A stretch of 64,000 nucleotides of DNA from Convolutriloba macropyga (lineage: Eukaryota). The stretch is taken from positions 37,944,001 to 38,008,000 of the forward strand of contig NC_134468.1 of assembly GCF_964194025.1 (NCBI RefSeq), written 5' to 3'. The notes beneath the pieces were generated by a model. The model made no database searches and was not told where the DNA came from. It worked only from the letters and a program-made list of their open reading frames with translations. Below, piece by piece: positions 1 through 12,781 of the stretch. Positions within the stretch are counted from its first letter, which is position 1; every line of letters starts with the position of its first letter. The position numbers and the translations under genes are program-made.

Positions 1-92
1 AGACAACGCCCCAATACAATTCAAATTCTTTGAACTGTAAAAAAACCAAGAGAAGACCAATAATAGCCCCAGCTATCGCTGTGCGGCTATTA

Positions 93-621
93 AACATAAC
101 CGACCAATTGCTCTCGAACGACTAGTGGGAGCTCTAATCAATTGCAGCCTGCTNNNNNNNNNNNNNNNNNNNNNNNNNNNNNNNNNNNNNNNNNNNNNNN
201 NNNNNNNNNNNNNNNNNNNNNNNNNNNNNNNNNNNNNNNNNNNNNNNNNNNNNNNNNNNNNNNNNNNNNNNNNNNNNNNNNNNNNNNNNNNNNNNNNNAC
301 TAAGAAGTTCAATAGTGGGCTTCAAATAACCACATTAGAAGTTAACATATAAAACTATTAAGATTTATAGTGAAAAATGGCACCAGTTTCGGCGCACTTC
401 TTTTCATTTGACTTTTAGTATTAAATTGCGGCCAATTGAGTTCAGCTGCTTGAAATGCATTCTGATTGAGAGAGAATTTTAGATCACGCGAAACGCAAAA
501 AGTCAAGAGCGTAAAAGTCACTCGAAAAGTCAAAACTGTCAAGCGTTGCATAAAAATTTTGCATAAAAAAAGACACACACGTTTACAATAATTGCTATGA
601 ACTTCGTTCAAGAGCAATTAA
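93..621 (-). mobile_element. HINE/Helentron-like family A copy (spans the gap)
   Basis: AATTGCTCTCGAACG ... CGTTCAAGAGCAATT subterminal inverted repeats; near-identical to 25951-26358. Confidence 0.75.
154..298. other. Assembly gap (145 N) inside a family-A repeat
   Basis: Run of N. Both flanks match the element at 25951-26358, which has a poly-G tract at the equivalent position. Confidence 0.95.
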
Positions 622-630
622 TAAGCTTAC

Positions 631-1007
631 GAAGGAAGTCTGGGAAGCATTTGAGCGATAGTGTCCATCGGAGCACCAGTGTTGATGAGCACTAAGGTCT
701 TCAGGGACGTGTGTACAAAGTCGTCTCTATGTCCCCGCAACCCTTCGGCTGATGGCAAGGTGAGCGGCAAGGACACCGGTGGCTTCTTTTGTACATCGTG
801 TTCTGTTTGTGGATCATTCACTTCAGACCCTGGGCAGGATTCGGTCGAAGGCGAATCATTTGATAGCGGTTTCTCGGCTTTTGATTGCTCTCCATTTGTG
901 TACTGTGATTGCACCAAGGTGGAAAAGTCATAAGAAAGACTTAATCGTTTGTTCTGGCCCAAATTCAGCTGCTCAAGATGTGGCATTTCCTTCAGGATCT
1001 TGACAAT
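631..1007 (-). CDS. TBCEL: TBCEL (tubulin-specific chaperone cofactor E-like) coding exon 2; gene continues beyond the left window edge
   Basis: Acceptor ttttgtag|ATT and donor TTC|gtaagc. Joins exon 1 in phase 0 to give LQSWSE-IVKILKEMPHLEQLNLGQN...LKTLVLINTG, which resembles TBCEL LRRs. Confidence 0.85.
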
Positions 1008-1140
1008 CTACAAAATACTGTTTTTTTTTATAAAGACACTTCCAATATCCGTTTGCTGAGCTCAAGGTTCTATGGTTCAGCGGTTAAAGCACAGGAATCG
1101 GTCATGTTCAATGATTCGTTATCGATACAATCAGAAACAC

Positions 1141-1214
1141 GGCCGTATAGCTCAGTCGGTTAGAGCATCGTGCTAATAACGCGAGCGTCGAGAGTTCGAG
1201 CCTCTCTATGGCCA
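1141..1214 (+). tRNA. tRNA-Ile, anticodon AAT (IAU), antisense in TBCEL intron 1
   Basis: Acceptor stem GGCCGTA/TATGGCC, D arm TAGCTCAGTCGGTTAGAGC, anticodon arm TCGTG-CTAATAA-CGCGA, T arm GAGAG-TTCGAGC-CTCTC; followed by CCA and TTTTT. Confidence 0.95.
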
Positions 1215-1217
1215 CCA

Positions 1218-1222
1218 TTTTT
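1218..1222 (+). terminator. Pol III oligo-T terminator of the tRNA gene
   Basis: TTTTT immediately after the tRNA 3' end and CCA. Confidence 0.7.
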
Positions 1223-3287
1223 GCAGGTATTTGAAACGTATTAAAAACATTTGCTAACATTTTGAAGGACCTCTTGGTAGGGACCCCTTATACTCACGAA
1301 AAATCTATTCCGAATAAATTTTCTCGCTAGAAGAACTCTCTCATTAATAAGCCTTTATGAAAACTTATCGATTTGGAGTTCTCGAGATTATAGGCCCAGA
1401 GCTAGAGCTAGGGCTCAAAAGAGAACGAGTTCAACTATTCTTTTAAAGCGATTGTTGTTCCATTTTTTTTTAAAAAAAATAGGGGAATATATATGCAAGA
1501 CCTCTTTTACCTCCAGTATAAGATTCCTTTCTTGTTCACGCATCGTCAATTAGTAGCCCAGAGTCTAGTTTCTATTCTTTTATTCACTTAAAAATTTCTA
1601 TTTGAACACGCGGAGACACTTTAACGTTTCGAAGGAAAGTCGAAAAGGAAAAATAAAACAATCACAAATGAGAATGCAGAGGAAAACATCCTATGGCAAT
1701 GGGAAATAATAAAGCTTTAATCCATAATTTAATTAAAGCTAATTTTCGTTAGATCGGAAATATTCCTAAATGTCGTACCTTAACAAACTATTTAACCATA
1801 AAAAACCCAGAACACTTAATAAATCAATATCAAGTTTTAAAAATCCCTATTGCTCTTGTTGGTGTATTTTGTATCTACAATTTTTTGAAATCATTCACTA
1901 TTTCACCAAAAACTGAACTACCTGAAAAAAAAATCATGATGCAATTGAAAAAAGAATTCTGAAAACAAGACATGGAAAAATTGTTGAACCCATCCTTTTA
2001 TTTCTGTAGATTCAAAAACAACAATCTAACTGTCCCGCTCCAGTATTTAAGTGTCTCGTTGAAATTTTGAAAACACTATAGGATTCACAAAATAGGAGAA
2101 TACAAATTCAAAAAACAATCTGAAAAAAAATACAACGATTAACTATCTTACCCTAACGATCTTTCCAATTTCTGAAGTTAATTTACACAAAGTCCTTTGT
2201 TCCTAAAAAACAACAATTATATAAACTTGTCATTCTTGAAATTTTAAAGATGTATTGAGGTACATAACTCGCCAAAAACTCAAACAAATGTTTATCAAAA
2301 ACCATCAGGAAAATTTTTACTCTAGCTTTCTCTTTTCTCATTTTGTCAAAACAACATTAAAACTGATCTCGGATTGAAGCTGAAAACGAATCACGGGGTT
2401 CAAACAATCAGAATAGTTAAATAAATTTCGAATGACAAAAAAGAAAACTTACACTATTTTTAATTTTCGCGTAGTCAAAATAAACATCGAACTGATCTCT
2501 TACAACATACGCGGTAACTCAAAAAATATAACAAGGAGCTCACAGATTCCCAGATTCTCTTTTTCGAACTCTAACTCTCGCGATTGTCAAATTAGACTGC
2601 AAACCAATCTCTTCCATTACTCGAGGAATTTCATTCAAGTGGTAATATTCAGGAGACTTAAAATTCATAAAATAGAGTACTATTTTTGAAACAGAGAAAA
2701 ACAATTTTTCACTGACTTATTGATAAAAGATTTTGAGTTGAAGCGTTTTTGTACCAATTTCTCTTTTTTTACAAGTTCCAAAATGTGATCGAGCAAATGT
2801 TTTATATTCAATTTAAGAGTTCCGTTTTCTACAGCTGATGAATACTCGCAACGTCACAGAAAAAAATCCTATAAAAATTCCAACTGTAAATTTGTGGTGT
2901 CGCTTTTGTACAGATAAATGCTTCTAAATTCTTTCTGAATGAACGAACTTTTAATCCTACTTCAAATTATTTCATTAACTAAGAATAAAATAGAAGCCAA
3001 AATTGGACTTTGGAGTCCACTAAAAATCGAAAACATGAGAAAGACGTAAAATAGAAGGAATGCAAATAAATATTGTGGTACCTTCGGAGGGTAACAAAAA
3101 TGTCATCCACGATGCTTGCTTGCTGCCTTTATTCATCGCCATCATTTGCAAGGGTCTAAGACATGGCTTCAAAACTTTTACTAAAATCATATTGTGATTT
3201 AGAGGTCTGCTGTTACTCTAATTTGGCAATTAGATTAAAATTGTCGACTGTTAATTTTACCAACTGCTTTTTGCATAAAACTTGAAG

Positions 3288-3797
3288 ACAACCGACTAAC
3301 GTCGGGCGAACTGATCTCAAACGACCAGTTGGCTTCGTCAGTAGCTAGCCACGGTTTAGTGAGGCTAGCTTTAGCTCAATCGAAAGGGCGTGAGGTGAGC
3401 GCAGGGGGGGGGGGTTCATCAAGGTGTGCTGATGGGGTGGGGGCAACTTTTGGAGGAGGGTCAATGGCTGCACGGGGTTCTAACGAAGTCCAGGGGCAGG
3501 GATCGGGGGGTGATGGGGGGTGAATGGGGGGGAAGGGGTTGGGGGCCAACTTCTAAGAACTGCCCATCACACCATACGTATAAGTTTCCAAAACAGTTTG
3601 TGAATCGCATACTTGGAGATTAGTAAGCTGAAAGTCTCTAAGAGAACTTAATGCCCGCCGGGCGCTACCTGTTTATCCTGTTTTTGAGGACGAAAAGCCA
3701 AATGGGTCAGACGATAAAAATCGGTCAAGCGAAAAATCGCATAAAAAGACCAACAGGACTAATATAATTGGCACAAATTTCGTTTGAGAGCAATTAA
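3288..3797 (-). mobile_element. HINE-like family A copy
   Basis: CCGAC-TAAC-GTCGG hairpin and subTIR at left, G-rich core, TTCGTTTGAGAGCAATTAA at right. Confidence 0.75.
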
Positions 3798-4492
3798 TCA
3801 ACTATTGGCGCCTGTGTTTCAAAGACAATACAGTTTCCATCAGTTGGATTCTTTTTAAATTGAGGGTGGTAGCAAGCGGTTGGTGCAAAATGTGTTAACC
3901 GTGATACATTTACAAAAGCGAATCTTTTTGAAAACAATAAGTCTGTATCCAAAGTTTTTCCCGAAAGCTTTTTGATTTAACCCCTATCACAATTTCCATA
4001 TTCCACTTTTCGTTGACTATTTGCTAATTTAAAAAAACAGTTTTTAAGTTGGGAATAAGCCGTTCAGTAATACAAAAAAATGCAGCTTTCATAATTTTGT
4101 AGATCTTTCACTCTGGTCGCCAGTTTCGTTGCTTCGATTGTTTTTTCTTACCTGAGATCAGTGCATCAAGAAACAGATTCTAGAAGCTTTAGAATAATCC
4201 AAAGACACCTAATCTCCGATAGCAATTAAAACTCTTTTTTGACAAACTTGAGAGGTATGTTGTTGCGTTCTGTGCTACGCAGAGATTCACACGAGCCCTC
4301 TTGTTTTGGATTGTTAAGATAGACGGAATCAATTGTGAATTCTTTTGTAATTGGCAAAACAGGGCAAATGCTGATTTGCAGTCCTTTTTCAAATCAGTTT
4401 GGCCGCAGACACAAAAACGACAAATATTGGCAGATTACCAAAGAAGGCAATTACAAATTACGAATAGCTGAGCGCATTCGGAGGCATTAAAA

Positions 4493-4931
4493 AAACAACC
4501 GACTAACTTTGGAAGAATTGCTCTCGAATTGCTAGTGGAAGCTCTAGTCTATTGCATCGGGGGAGAAAAAGGAGGAGGATGAGGAGGGGGAGGAAGGATG
4601 ATGAGTAGGAGCAGCAGAAGAGGAGGCAAGCCTCCAGGATGTGAAGAGGACTAAGAATTACTCAGGTGCTTAAAATGACAGCATTAGAGGTTATATAACA
4701 TTAAGATTTGACGAAAAAAATGAAACCAATTTCGTCGCACTTTTCATTTGACTTGTAGAAAATAAACTGCAGCCCATAGAGTTCAACTGCGTAAAATGGT
4801 GAATGAGTGAGATCACGCAAAACGCAAGTCAATGACGTATAAGTCACTCAAAAAGTTTAAAAAACACTCAGCGAAAAAAAATAACACAGGCGCTTACAAT
4901 AATTGCGTTCAACTTTGTTCGAGATCAATTA
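4493..4931 (-). mobile_element. HINE-like family A copy with GAG-rich core
   Basis: Same termini as other family A copies; purine microsatellite core. Confidence 0.7.
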
Positions 4932-6887
4932 CAAACAAGAGCTACGAATGCACAAAACAAAAAACCGTTCCCTACTGACAATTGGTAAGCATTTCCTTGA
5001 CATTTTGTTTAAAAATTATTTGCAGAGGGATATTAAACCAATAAATTTCCAGAGAACAAAATTTTCCAAAAATATGAAGCTAGGCTGAATTCAATCGCAG
5101 ATTTGATGAAGTCTTCTTCCAATGCGGTTCTGTTACTCACTTTGAGGGATATACATTCCTGCTTATGTTAAGAATTCCGAGATTAAAGATAGTTCTTCAA
5201 CATCTTCGTGCTGTTTAAGATACCTATCGTTAAAACTGCATCGTATATGAAATTTGGTAGGAAATTATTGCGACAGACCGACACCAAATATTACAAAAAA
5301 CAACAATCTGAACAACAGAAAAACGAGACGTCTTAATTCGAAGACTGTAGAGATCTTGTCGAAAGAGACTGTCGGTTTCCCTTGTTGAAAGTTACGCTGG
5401 CCAAGGTCAATTTCAAAGGTATTTGCTAACGAATTCGACAGTAAATTGAGGAGACAAGTTTATATGGTGAAAATAGGGACTGCAGCTGAAGATTGTAAGT
5501 CTTCTGCCAATTGATTAGTTTTGTTTGAAAATAAAAAGAACGCGTCACTAATAAAAAAAATTCATTTCAGAATGCATACGTTTGTTAACAATTAGTTTAT
5601 ACGCTACTTTGCACGTTTAGTACAATTCAAAAGTGTAAAGTAGTTGTTTGATTGTATTATTGCTTCAATCAAATTAAGAAGACAATTTGCATTCATTGTA
5701 TTACTATTTAAATGAGGCTACAGAAACGCAAATTGCGGCCAGAACATATCTCCAAATTTATACAACTTGCATAGGTTCCGACTAGAATACGTAACCTACA
5801 AGTATTCAGTTGGATGAATTTCGTTAAATTTCACGAAATGATAACTCAGGAATCACATTACAGCTCAACTCAATTGCTTGAGTTTTAATGTTAAATCAAG
5901 CTGAAATATTCCGAATAAAATATTGCATGTCATCTAATGAGCATCAGACGTTATGCTTCACACGGCATATGATGGCAAATATGGCTCTAAACGTGGAGGA
6001 CTAGCAAGCTTTTTTAAAAATGAAAAGTTAAACTCATACTAAGATGTGTATTGAATAACAGATATATTCAAATGCTCAGCTATGCGAATAAGCGTCGGCA
6101 TCCATGCAACGCACTGGCATATAAATCAGTATCGATATATATTATTATAATAAAACAACCGACTATCGTCGGATAAATTAATGATGAAAATATAACATCG
6201 TTAATTTCACAATTTTTCAACGTCAATTGGGCGACCCCATTAGTTTGATAATATGGAAAGGAAACAAAAAACTCAGAATGGGCAAATAACCAAAAATCAC
6301 ACTTTTCTTATGAAAATACGTAGTACCAAAGCCAAGAAACCATTAGTTGAAAAAAATTATTATAACGATTGGATCTTGGTTTACTGGAAATAGGATGCAA
6401 CCTGTCGTAACAGAGACCAAGCTACAATATCGCAACAAATAAGATTAAAGTGACAAAGCTCAAAAATCCACTGATTTTTTAAAAATTATATATATTTTGA
6501 AAAATTCAAACAACCCAAAAGCTTTTAACTTAAAACAAAAAAAGCCAATTTGCAACTGATCAGCAAGCCAGTTGTGCCCGTTATCATTGAGACCCAATCA
6601 TAGGACGACCAAAAACAGCAAATAAGGACAGAACTCAAAATTTCAAACAATTTATCGAAGCCACAGTGTTGAAGCCATTTTATCTATAATACAGTAAAAA
6701 CAATTTAAAATTTTGAAATGACGAAAAGGATTCAATAAATTGCTTGGGTCCCTTGATATCAACTGGGTGTTTTAGACAAAGGGTCATTTTGGAAAAGACA
6801 ACAAAAAGAACCACAGATATTGACCGGTATCGAAAACACGATATTGTCAATAATAAGACTTAATTACTTGTTGACGACAAAGATTAA

Positions 6888-7352
6888 GATTTCAGTGAAA
6901 AGCCTATAGTTTCAACGGCTGTGCATCCGTGCTCTCGCGAAATTTATTATGACTTTTTCCTCTAATTGTCGTTCTTTTTGATGTCTTTCGGCATATTCAT
7001 GACAATCAAAAGCCTTGATTGCTTCCACGGGTGTTTACCTGAAAATGTTTGACGATTTCAGTTCATAGCTAACGGTTTTTAAGTCTTTCAATTAATTTCT
7101 TTAAAGAAACTATTTTCGTTTTTCCCATATTTCTCTAAAAAAAATTAATGGTAAGTCTTATAAACCATTAGCTATAAACTGAAATCAGTAAAAAGATTCT
7201 GTTAAATATCCGTGGAAGCAATCAAGACCTCTGATTGTCATGAATATGCCAATCGACAAAAAACGGCAATGAGGCAAAAACAAAAAAATCCTAAAAAATA
7301 TTGGGAGAGCATGGATTCGCAGCCACTGAAACTATAGCCTATTCACTGAAAT
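6888..7352. repeat. Imperfect long inverted repeat (foldback/MITE-like), arms ~190 bp
   Basis: GGCATATTCATGACAATCA..TTGATTGCTTCCACGG versus CCGTGGAAGCAATCAA..TGATTGTCATGAATATGCC; TTCAGTGAA versus TTCACTGAA. Confidence 0.75.
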
Positions 7353-8579
7353 CGTTAAACAGGGTTGTTTTGCGCGTTCTTTCAATGCCGATTAGAGCTA
7401 TGCTTAATTTGATAAGCTGAAAAAAGAATAAATAATTACCTCAAATACAGGAAAATATGCAAAAATTGACAAACCTTTCATGACATTTCGTAGTAATAAA
7501 TCCATAAAACCACTATTTAAATATAAATATACTACCAAAAAATTTTTTCCCCTTCATCTGGAATAAGTTTTGCCCGGTATATATTGAAATTAAGCTACAT
7601 GTGGACAGAGATAAGATTCAGAAAATGAACTATTTTAAAATTTCACTGACATTCTCTTAAAACAAATATATTCAAAGTCATAAGAGACATTAGAAACAAC
7701 TGGAGGCATTGCATAGGCTTACCTGCAACTACCTAAGAACACACAATTGAATTTCTATTTAACAAGACGTAGTCATGAGGCTGCAAAAGGAATGAAATTA
7801 ATTCAAAACAGAAAGGAATCAATTAAATTTTATGAAAATACACAGTCAAAGCCATACAAACTATGAGCATTTCTCTGACGACTAACCATATTCTCATACG
7901 GCTTTATTTTGTTGTAAATAGGATCTTTCATGGATTGGGCCATGATTTGAAGCCATTCTCGTCAGTAATCAACAAAAATAAAATTAAGAAAACATAAAAC
8001 ATTTTCAAAAAGACCGCGCCCTAATATTATCAGAATAAATATTGTAAGAATCCATCATAAGACCAAACCTCGCCCTGATTTTCTTACAAAAAAAATTAAT
8101 TAGTCCATATTTTTGCAAAATAGATCAATTAGCAAATGAAATATTTCAAACCACGAACAAATCATGAATTTTTAAAAATTATTAGGTTTATTTTTCGAAA
8201 AACCGGCAAACATTTTATTCCAGACATCTCCTATAGGTAGCCAATGTACAGCTATCCTTTTTTGGAGTTCTGAAAGATTATGATGTTATGTCTCTACATC
8301 TTCCTGCAAATTTAAACCAAGTAGGATACAAAAGCGAATTTTGTTTTTAAAAGCGACTTTTTTGATTTAAGTATCAAACTCGAATAATTTCGCAGAAATA
8401 TTCACCAGAAAATTCGGATTAAACAAATTGGCGAATCTTCTCTATCCTCAAACCTTTTCCCAAAACATTGTTCATAAAAACATTAACAAATTGTTGCAAA
8501 ATTGATCAAATTTTGTTCAAAAAATACGGTAAATTTGAATAAAAACAACGGAATTCATTCTACTTTTCCCATAACTTTA

Positions 8580-8770
8580 AACCTTGATAACTCTCTGTAA
8601 AAACGAAAATCACAAAATCCGTCTAAAATACAAATTCTACGCTGGACGGGCTTTCTAAGGATATCAGTCTCAACTCTCTACGATGAATACATCGATCCGT
8701 CAAAATTGTCTGAACAAAAAACCCCTTTTGAGTATATAGTTCCTCCCCCCACAAGTGGGTCAGAACAAGT
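8580..8770. repeat. Interspersed repeat, also at ~61085-61280
   Basis: Shared CTCTACGATGAATA.ATCGATC..CAAAATTG.CTGAACAAAAA..TTTGAGTATATAGTTCCT.CCCCACAAGTGG. Confidence 0.75.
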
Positions 8771-10186
8771 CTACTTAAAAATTTCTTAAAAATTTCTCCA
8801 AGACAAGGAATCAAAATATCAATGAATTGGCGAAAAGACAACGGTTGACAAGCTAGCTAGAGTACCCAGCCAATTGAACATTCACAAAATCCGAAAAAAG
8901 GACTATTTAAATGTATGAAAATGTGGTCCAATTAAAAAGGCAATTAAAAATCCTCAAAGTAAATTATTACAGCTATCAATTAAACTCCGCGGAGTCAGAA
9001 CTAACAATTTGATTGTTATTGTTCAATTCCAATGAAAAATCATTCAGCAAAAACATGAAGCTCATTATAGTCTGAAAACCACTACAAAGCTGAAAGTGAA
9101 AATAAAGTGAAAGGAAAAAAATCAACTGAATTGTATCTACTACTTTTAACTAATTTGTTTAGCCAGGCAAATCAAATCAGAACCTAAAAAGCAACAAACA
9201 GTAAAATCATTAAACATTAAAAGCATTAAACAGTAAAACATTGGTCTTTTGTTAACCAGAAATGATTCAATAAAGTATCGAAACTGGCAATAAAGCAAAA
9301 AAAGATTGAAACCTTTTACAAAATTCCGCCCATCGATCATTCCTGATCTGCGGAACGTACAAGATTTATTTTGGACCGCAAATCTAATAAAAATTTATAT
9401 GCATGACAATGCAAATAAAAACCACAAGATGACCACAAATCGTATTCCAAGAAAATGCTGATTTCGTTCGGGGTTAAAATTATCTGACCTTAATAAGAAA
9501 CTCTGGTTTTTAGAACCAAACAGTGAAAACATGAAATAGATATGATCAAACTACAAGTGATTTGTAAACTAGCTGCCTGGCAGAAACAAAAAATAAACGT
9601 TCTACGCGTTTTCCATGCCTTAAATGAATTACCAGCAGAAAAACTAATCATTTTAAAATGTTTGAATGAAATATACCAAATTATCAAATTTTCTGAAAAT
9701 GAAAATGATTTAACTATGGAATATTTGACAATTCGTTACACTTTTAAATATATGAAAAGTATAAAAAGCTTGATTCGTCAATTAACCACGCAATGTTTAT
9801 CCTGCAGGTGACTTAAGAGTCAAGAGAAAAACAAAGATGACTTTGAGGACGTGATTTATTTTTTCTTTCATTAAACTTCTATTATGAAGTTAGCTTCATT
9901 ATGATTTAAAAAACATACAGTTCTAATGTGGTCCTTTAATTAATTACTGATCTGGCGTCTGGTTTCTTGACTGTTCAAAACACAACTACAAAAACTCACC
10001 TTCATCTAGTGTTCCACTACAGCTCCTTTTCAAATTTTTCAAAATTGTTAAGTGTTCCTTTGGTCCAAATCTTTTTATGATAAAGCCAAAATAAGATTAT
10101 CGGAGCAAGAAAATGATGCAGTTTTTTCTCCACGATCCATTAAAAAAAATAAAAATTTGAATGCCGAAAATTGAAGTTTAACGAAC

Positions 10187-10735
10187 CTCTGACCAAGATT
10201 GCAGATCGTTATGCGACAGATCCAGATCTCGCACATTTCCGCAATATTTACACAGTGTGTCTGAATCTCCCGCAAAAGCAATGTTTCTATCCTCCAGAAC
10301 AAGAGTCCACGGCACTCTTACTGTGCCATCTTTATCGTGCTTCACTGGGGACAAGCCGATCGACGTAAAACTACACGCTGAATAATTTACAGGAGAAAAC
10401 TTTTCATCAATCGCCTCACATATGGTCATCTTTCTTGGACTCTGTTCTGGAAGTTCCCCATCAAAGCTGCTTCCCACATCGCTTAACGAGCCCAGTGAAG
10501 GTCTCTTTTTAGTGGGAGTTGTAGCAACTTGAGCGTCGTCTCCCGTCATAAAGTACTGAAATATAGGACCACTCACATTTGAGCCTTGAAAGGATTTTTG
10601 AGGTCGACGATTATTTCGCCTAACGGGTGAGTTCTTAGTTTCAGGTAAACGTGAGTACTTAGTTACAGTCTCTGAATTTTCAGTCTTGGTTACAGGTTCT
10701 GTCGATTTTTGCTTGTCGGACGCTGAAGTAGTCAT
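10187..10735 (-). CDS. TBCEL: TBCEL coding exon 1
   Basis: EAIDEKFSPVNY...VPWTLVLEDRNIAFAGD...CGNVRDLDLSHNDLQSW resembles the TBCEL N-terminus and no CAP-Gly domain is seen (so not TBCE). Donor GAG|gttcgt; 549 nt = 183 codons. Confidence 0.85.
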
Positions 10736-11349
10736 GATTCTCTTTGTTATGACAATATGTAGTTAGTTAGTGAGATCTTAAAGGTAAAGATGTTTGCGGT
10801 TTAAAAATTGTGCGTCTTCAAAGTACGAGCCAGTTCGGAATTGAATTAAGCGTTCAATAACTCGAATCGAAATAGTCAGGAAGTGCAATATAAGGCTGAT
10901 ACGCTCCTATAAACGGCCCGAAAATGCACTCAATGACGACCAGTGCTTCATATACATTGAGAACATTGGGCTTCAACAATATTTGAAGAAAAATTCGATC
11001 TATGCGCATTCTTCAGTGGACAAGAACAAGCGCCACAGATTAACATCAAGATGCAAGAAATCAAAATATAACCAACAGCCAATATGATTTCGGATAACAA
11101 ACTTATAATGAGCTTATTATATTATGGCTAAGTTGGGCTGAATAAATTAACCAGATCCTGATGGTCAACATTACACGAGTGAGCACATGTTGACTTAAAC
11201 CCAATCATAGTTCTACTGAAGTTAAACATACATATCTGCACATCAAATTGCTAACGCAGAATGCATACCATAATTTAGACCAGTTAGAGAAACGAAACAA
11301 TTTCAACGTCAAAATTAAGAACACTCTTGCTCAATTTAGCGCTATAACG

Positions 11350-11640
11350 AGAGAAGACCCCCCCCCCCAATACGTTAAACGGTTCGGTCCCCTTTCCCGT
11401 TACAGCCCCACACGGCGGTGTATTTAGGCAAAGTGCGAGATTTAAAGAAGCTCCTAGCCCCACTAAGCCCGGGGGATAAGGAGAAAGAGTCCACTATGCG
11501 ACTCCAAACTACAGCATGTGATATTGTAGTTCTTAGGTGACTTTCCCCCATCACTCTTCACTCTTCAAACTCCAATAGTTTCTTTTCCTAGACCACCAAC
11601 ATTTGTTTAAGACAGCACGTGCTCACTTGATTGGCCGACA
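11350..11640 (-). promoter_or_regulatory. GC-richer block between PEX5 and TBCEL, possible promoter
   Basis: Minus strand carries GGCCAATC (CCAAT box), CACGTG (E-box) and GAACTACAAT (ZNF143/Staf-like); locally raised GC. Confidence 0.3.
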
Positions 11641-11993
11641 CATAGAAGAAAATGACAAAGAGTTTCGAACACTACACTTCTTAGAAGTAAAAAGTACACG
11701 ATGCTTTTGAGTAAAACAGTAACACACATCTCATTTTAATTAGTCCCCCTTCCAGAGGACATGAAACAGCCCGAAAAAGCTAAGTGCAAAATCGAACTCA
11801 TAGTATATGGCCCGGGTAGTTTTGGGAAAACATTTTCTCAGTGCAAAATCTATTTTTATCAGGTTTACAAAATACAGATTATTACAAACATTGATATCAT
11901 TACACATCGCTATGCAATTATAGATTTCCAAATTCAAGCAGCTTGATTGATAGAACTTAACACATTATCACCAATATATCTTGTATTTAAACT

Positions 11994-12288
11994 TCATGAA
12001 TTGACACCAAAATGAAAACTGAGTGCTTTCAGGTCTCTGTTGGCTACCGAATGAGACAAGTCATGATAGGCTCCAATTTTATGAACCGAATTGATCATGT
12101 TGGTCCAAATAGCCGACGAGGACTCACTCGTTTCTCCGTTAGGTCCACTGCCCTGTGTTTGCATGTTGAGGGCTATTAAGAAGTGCTCAATGGCTTCTCT
12201 GTGAGATTGAAGGTTCTGACAAGCTACTCCTAAGTTGAAGCGGGCTCGGATGTATCCAGGGCGCAGGTTAAGAGCGTTGCGATAGGCA
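11994..12288 (-). CDS. PEX5: PEX5 exon 6 (last)
   Basis: Acceptor aattttag|T; AYRNALNLRPGYIRARFNLGVACQNLQSHREAIEHFLIAL; TGA stop. The six exons total 1719 nt = 572 aa. Confidence 0.95.
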
Positions 12289-12571
12289 CTAAAATTAAAC
12301 AGCCGAGATTCTAATTGGCAGCAAATTAATTTTAGATACAAGCGCTAATTGCAACAGGTTGCTTTCCAACCCGACGATAGGTACCTCATTAATTACAACA
12401 TATAAATGATCACCATGCTCATTTTTTGGCTTTCCCAAAATTGTATCTTTAACTAAGAAGATCGTCCAAGTAACACTTTTAAAGCAATTCAAATTTAGAT
12501 GAGTGACATCCTGAAAAATTGGTGATCGGTCAAATCGTTCGATTGTATGTTCCTTAGTAGGAAATCAGTAC

Positions 12572-12664
12572 CTTATAGCTTCTTCACTGTGATCTCCATT
12601 AGCCAGACAAGCACCAAGTCTATTCCACAGCACCGCGTTCTTCGGATCCAAACCAACGCATTTC
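12572..12664 (-). CDS. PEX5: PEX5 exon 5 (93 nt, absent from the ORF track)
   Basis: Acceptor ttctag|G; encodes KCVGLDPKNAVLWNRLGACLANGDHSEEAI; donor AAG|gtactg; phase 2 to 2. Confidence 0.95.
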
Positions 12665-12781
12665 CTAGAACGCATAACATAGGCCCTATCATTCTACACA
12701 TTCTAACGTCACCTGTCCCCTATGTAAAGTTACTGGGTTGACAACTTCCGAAAGCAGAAACAAAGGCGTAAAAAATGATTT

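Noticed and set aside
11350-11560. Possible RNase MRP RNA (GGGGAAAGTCACC ... GGGGCT on the minus strand)
   Set aside because: The P4 pairing has a mismatch and other conserved regions were not evident; an Infernal/Rfam search would be needed.
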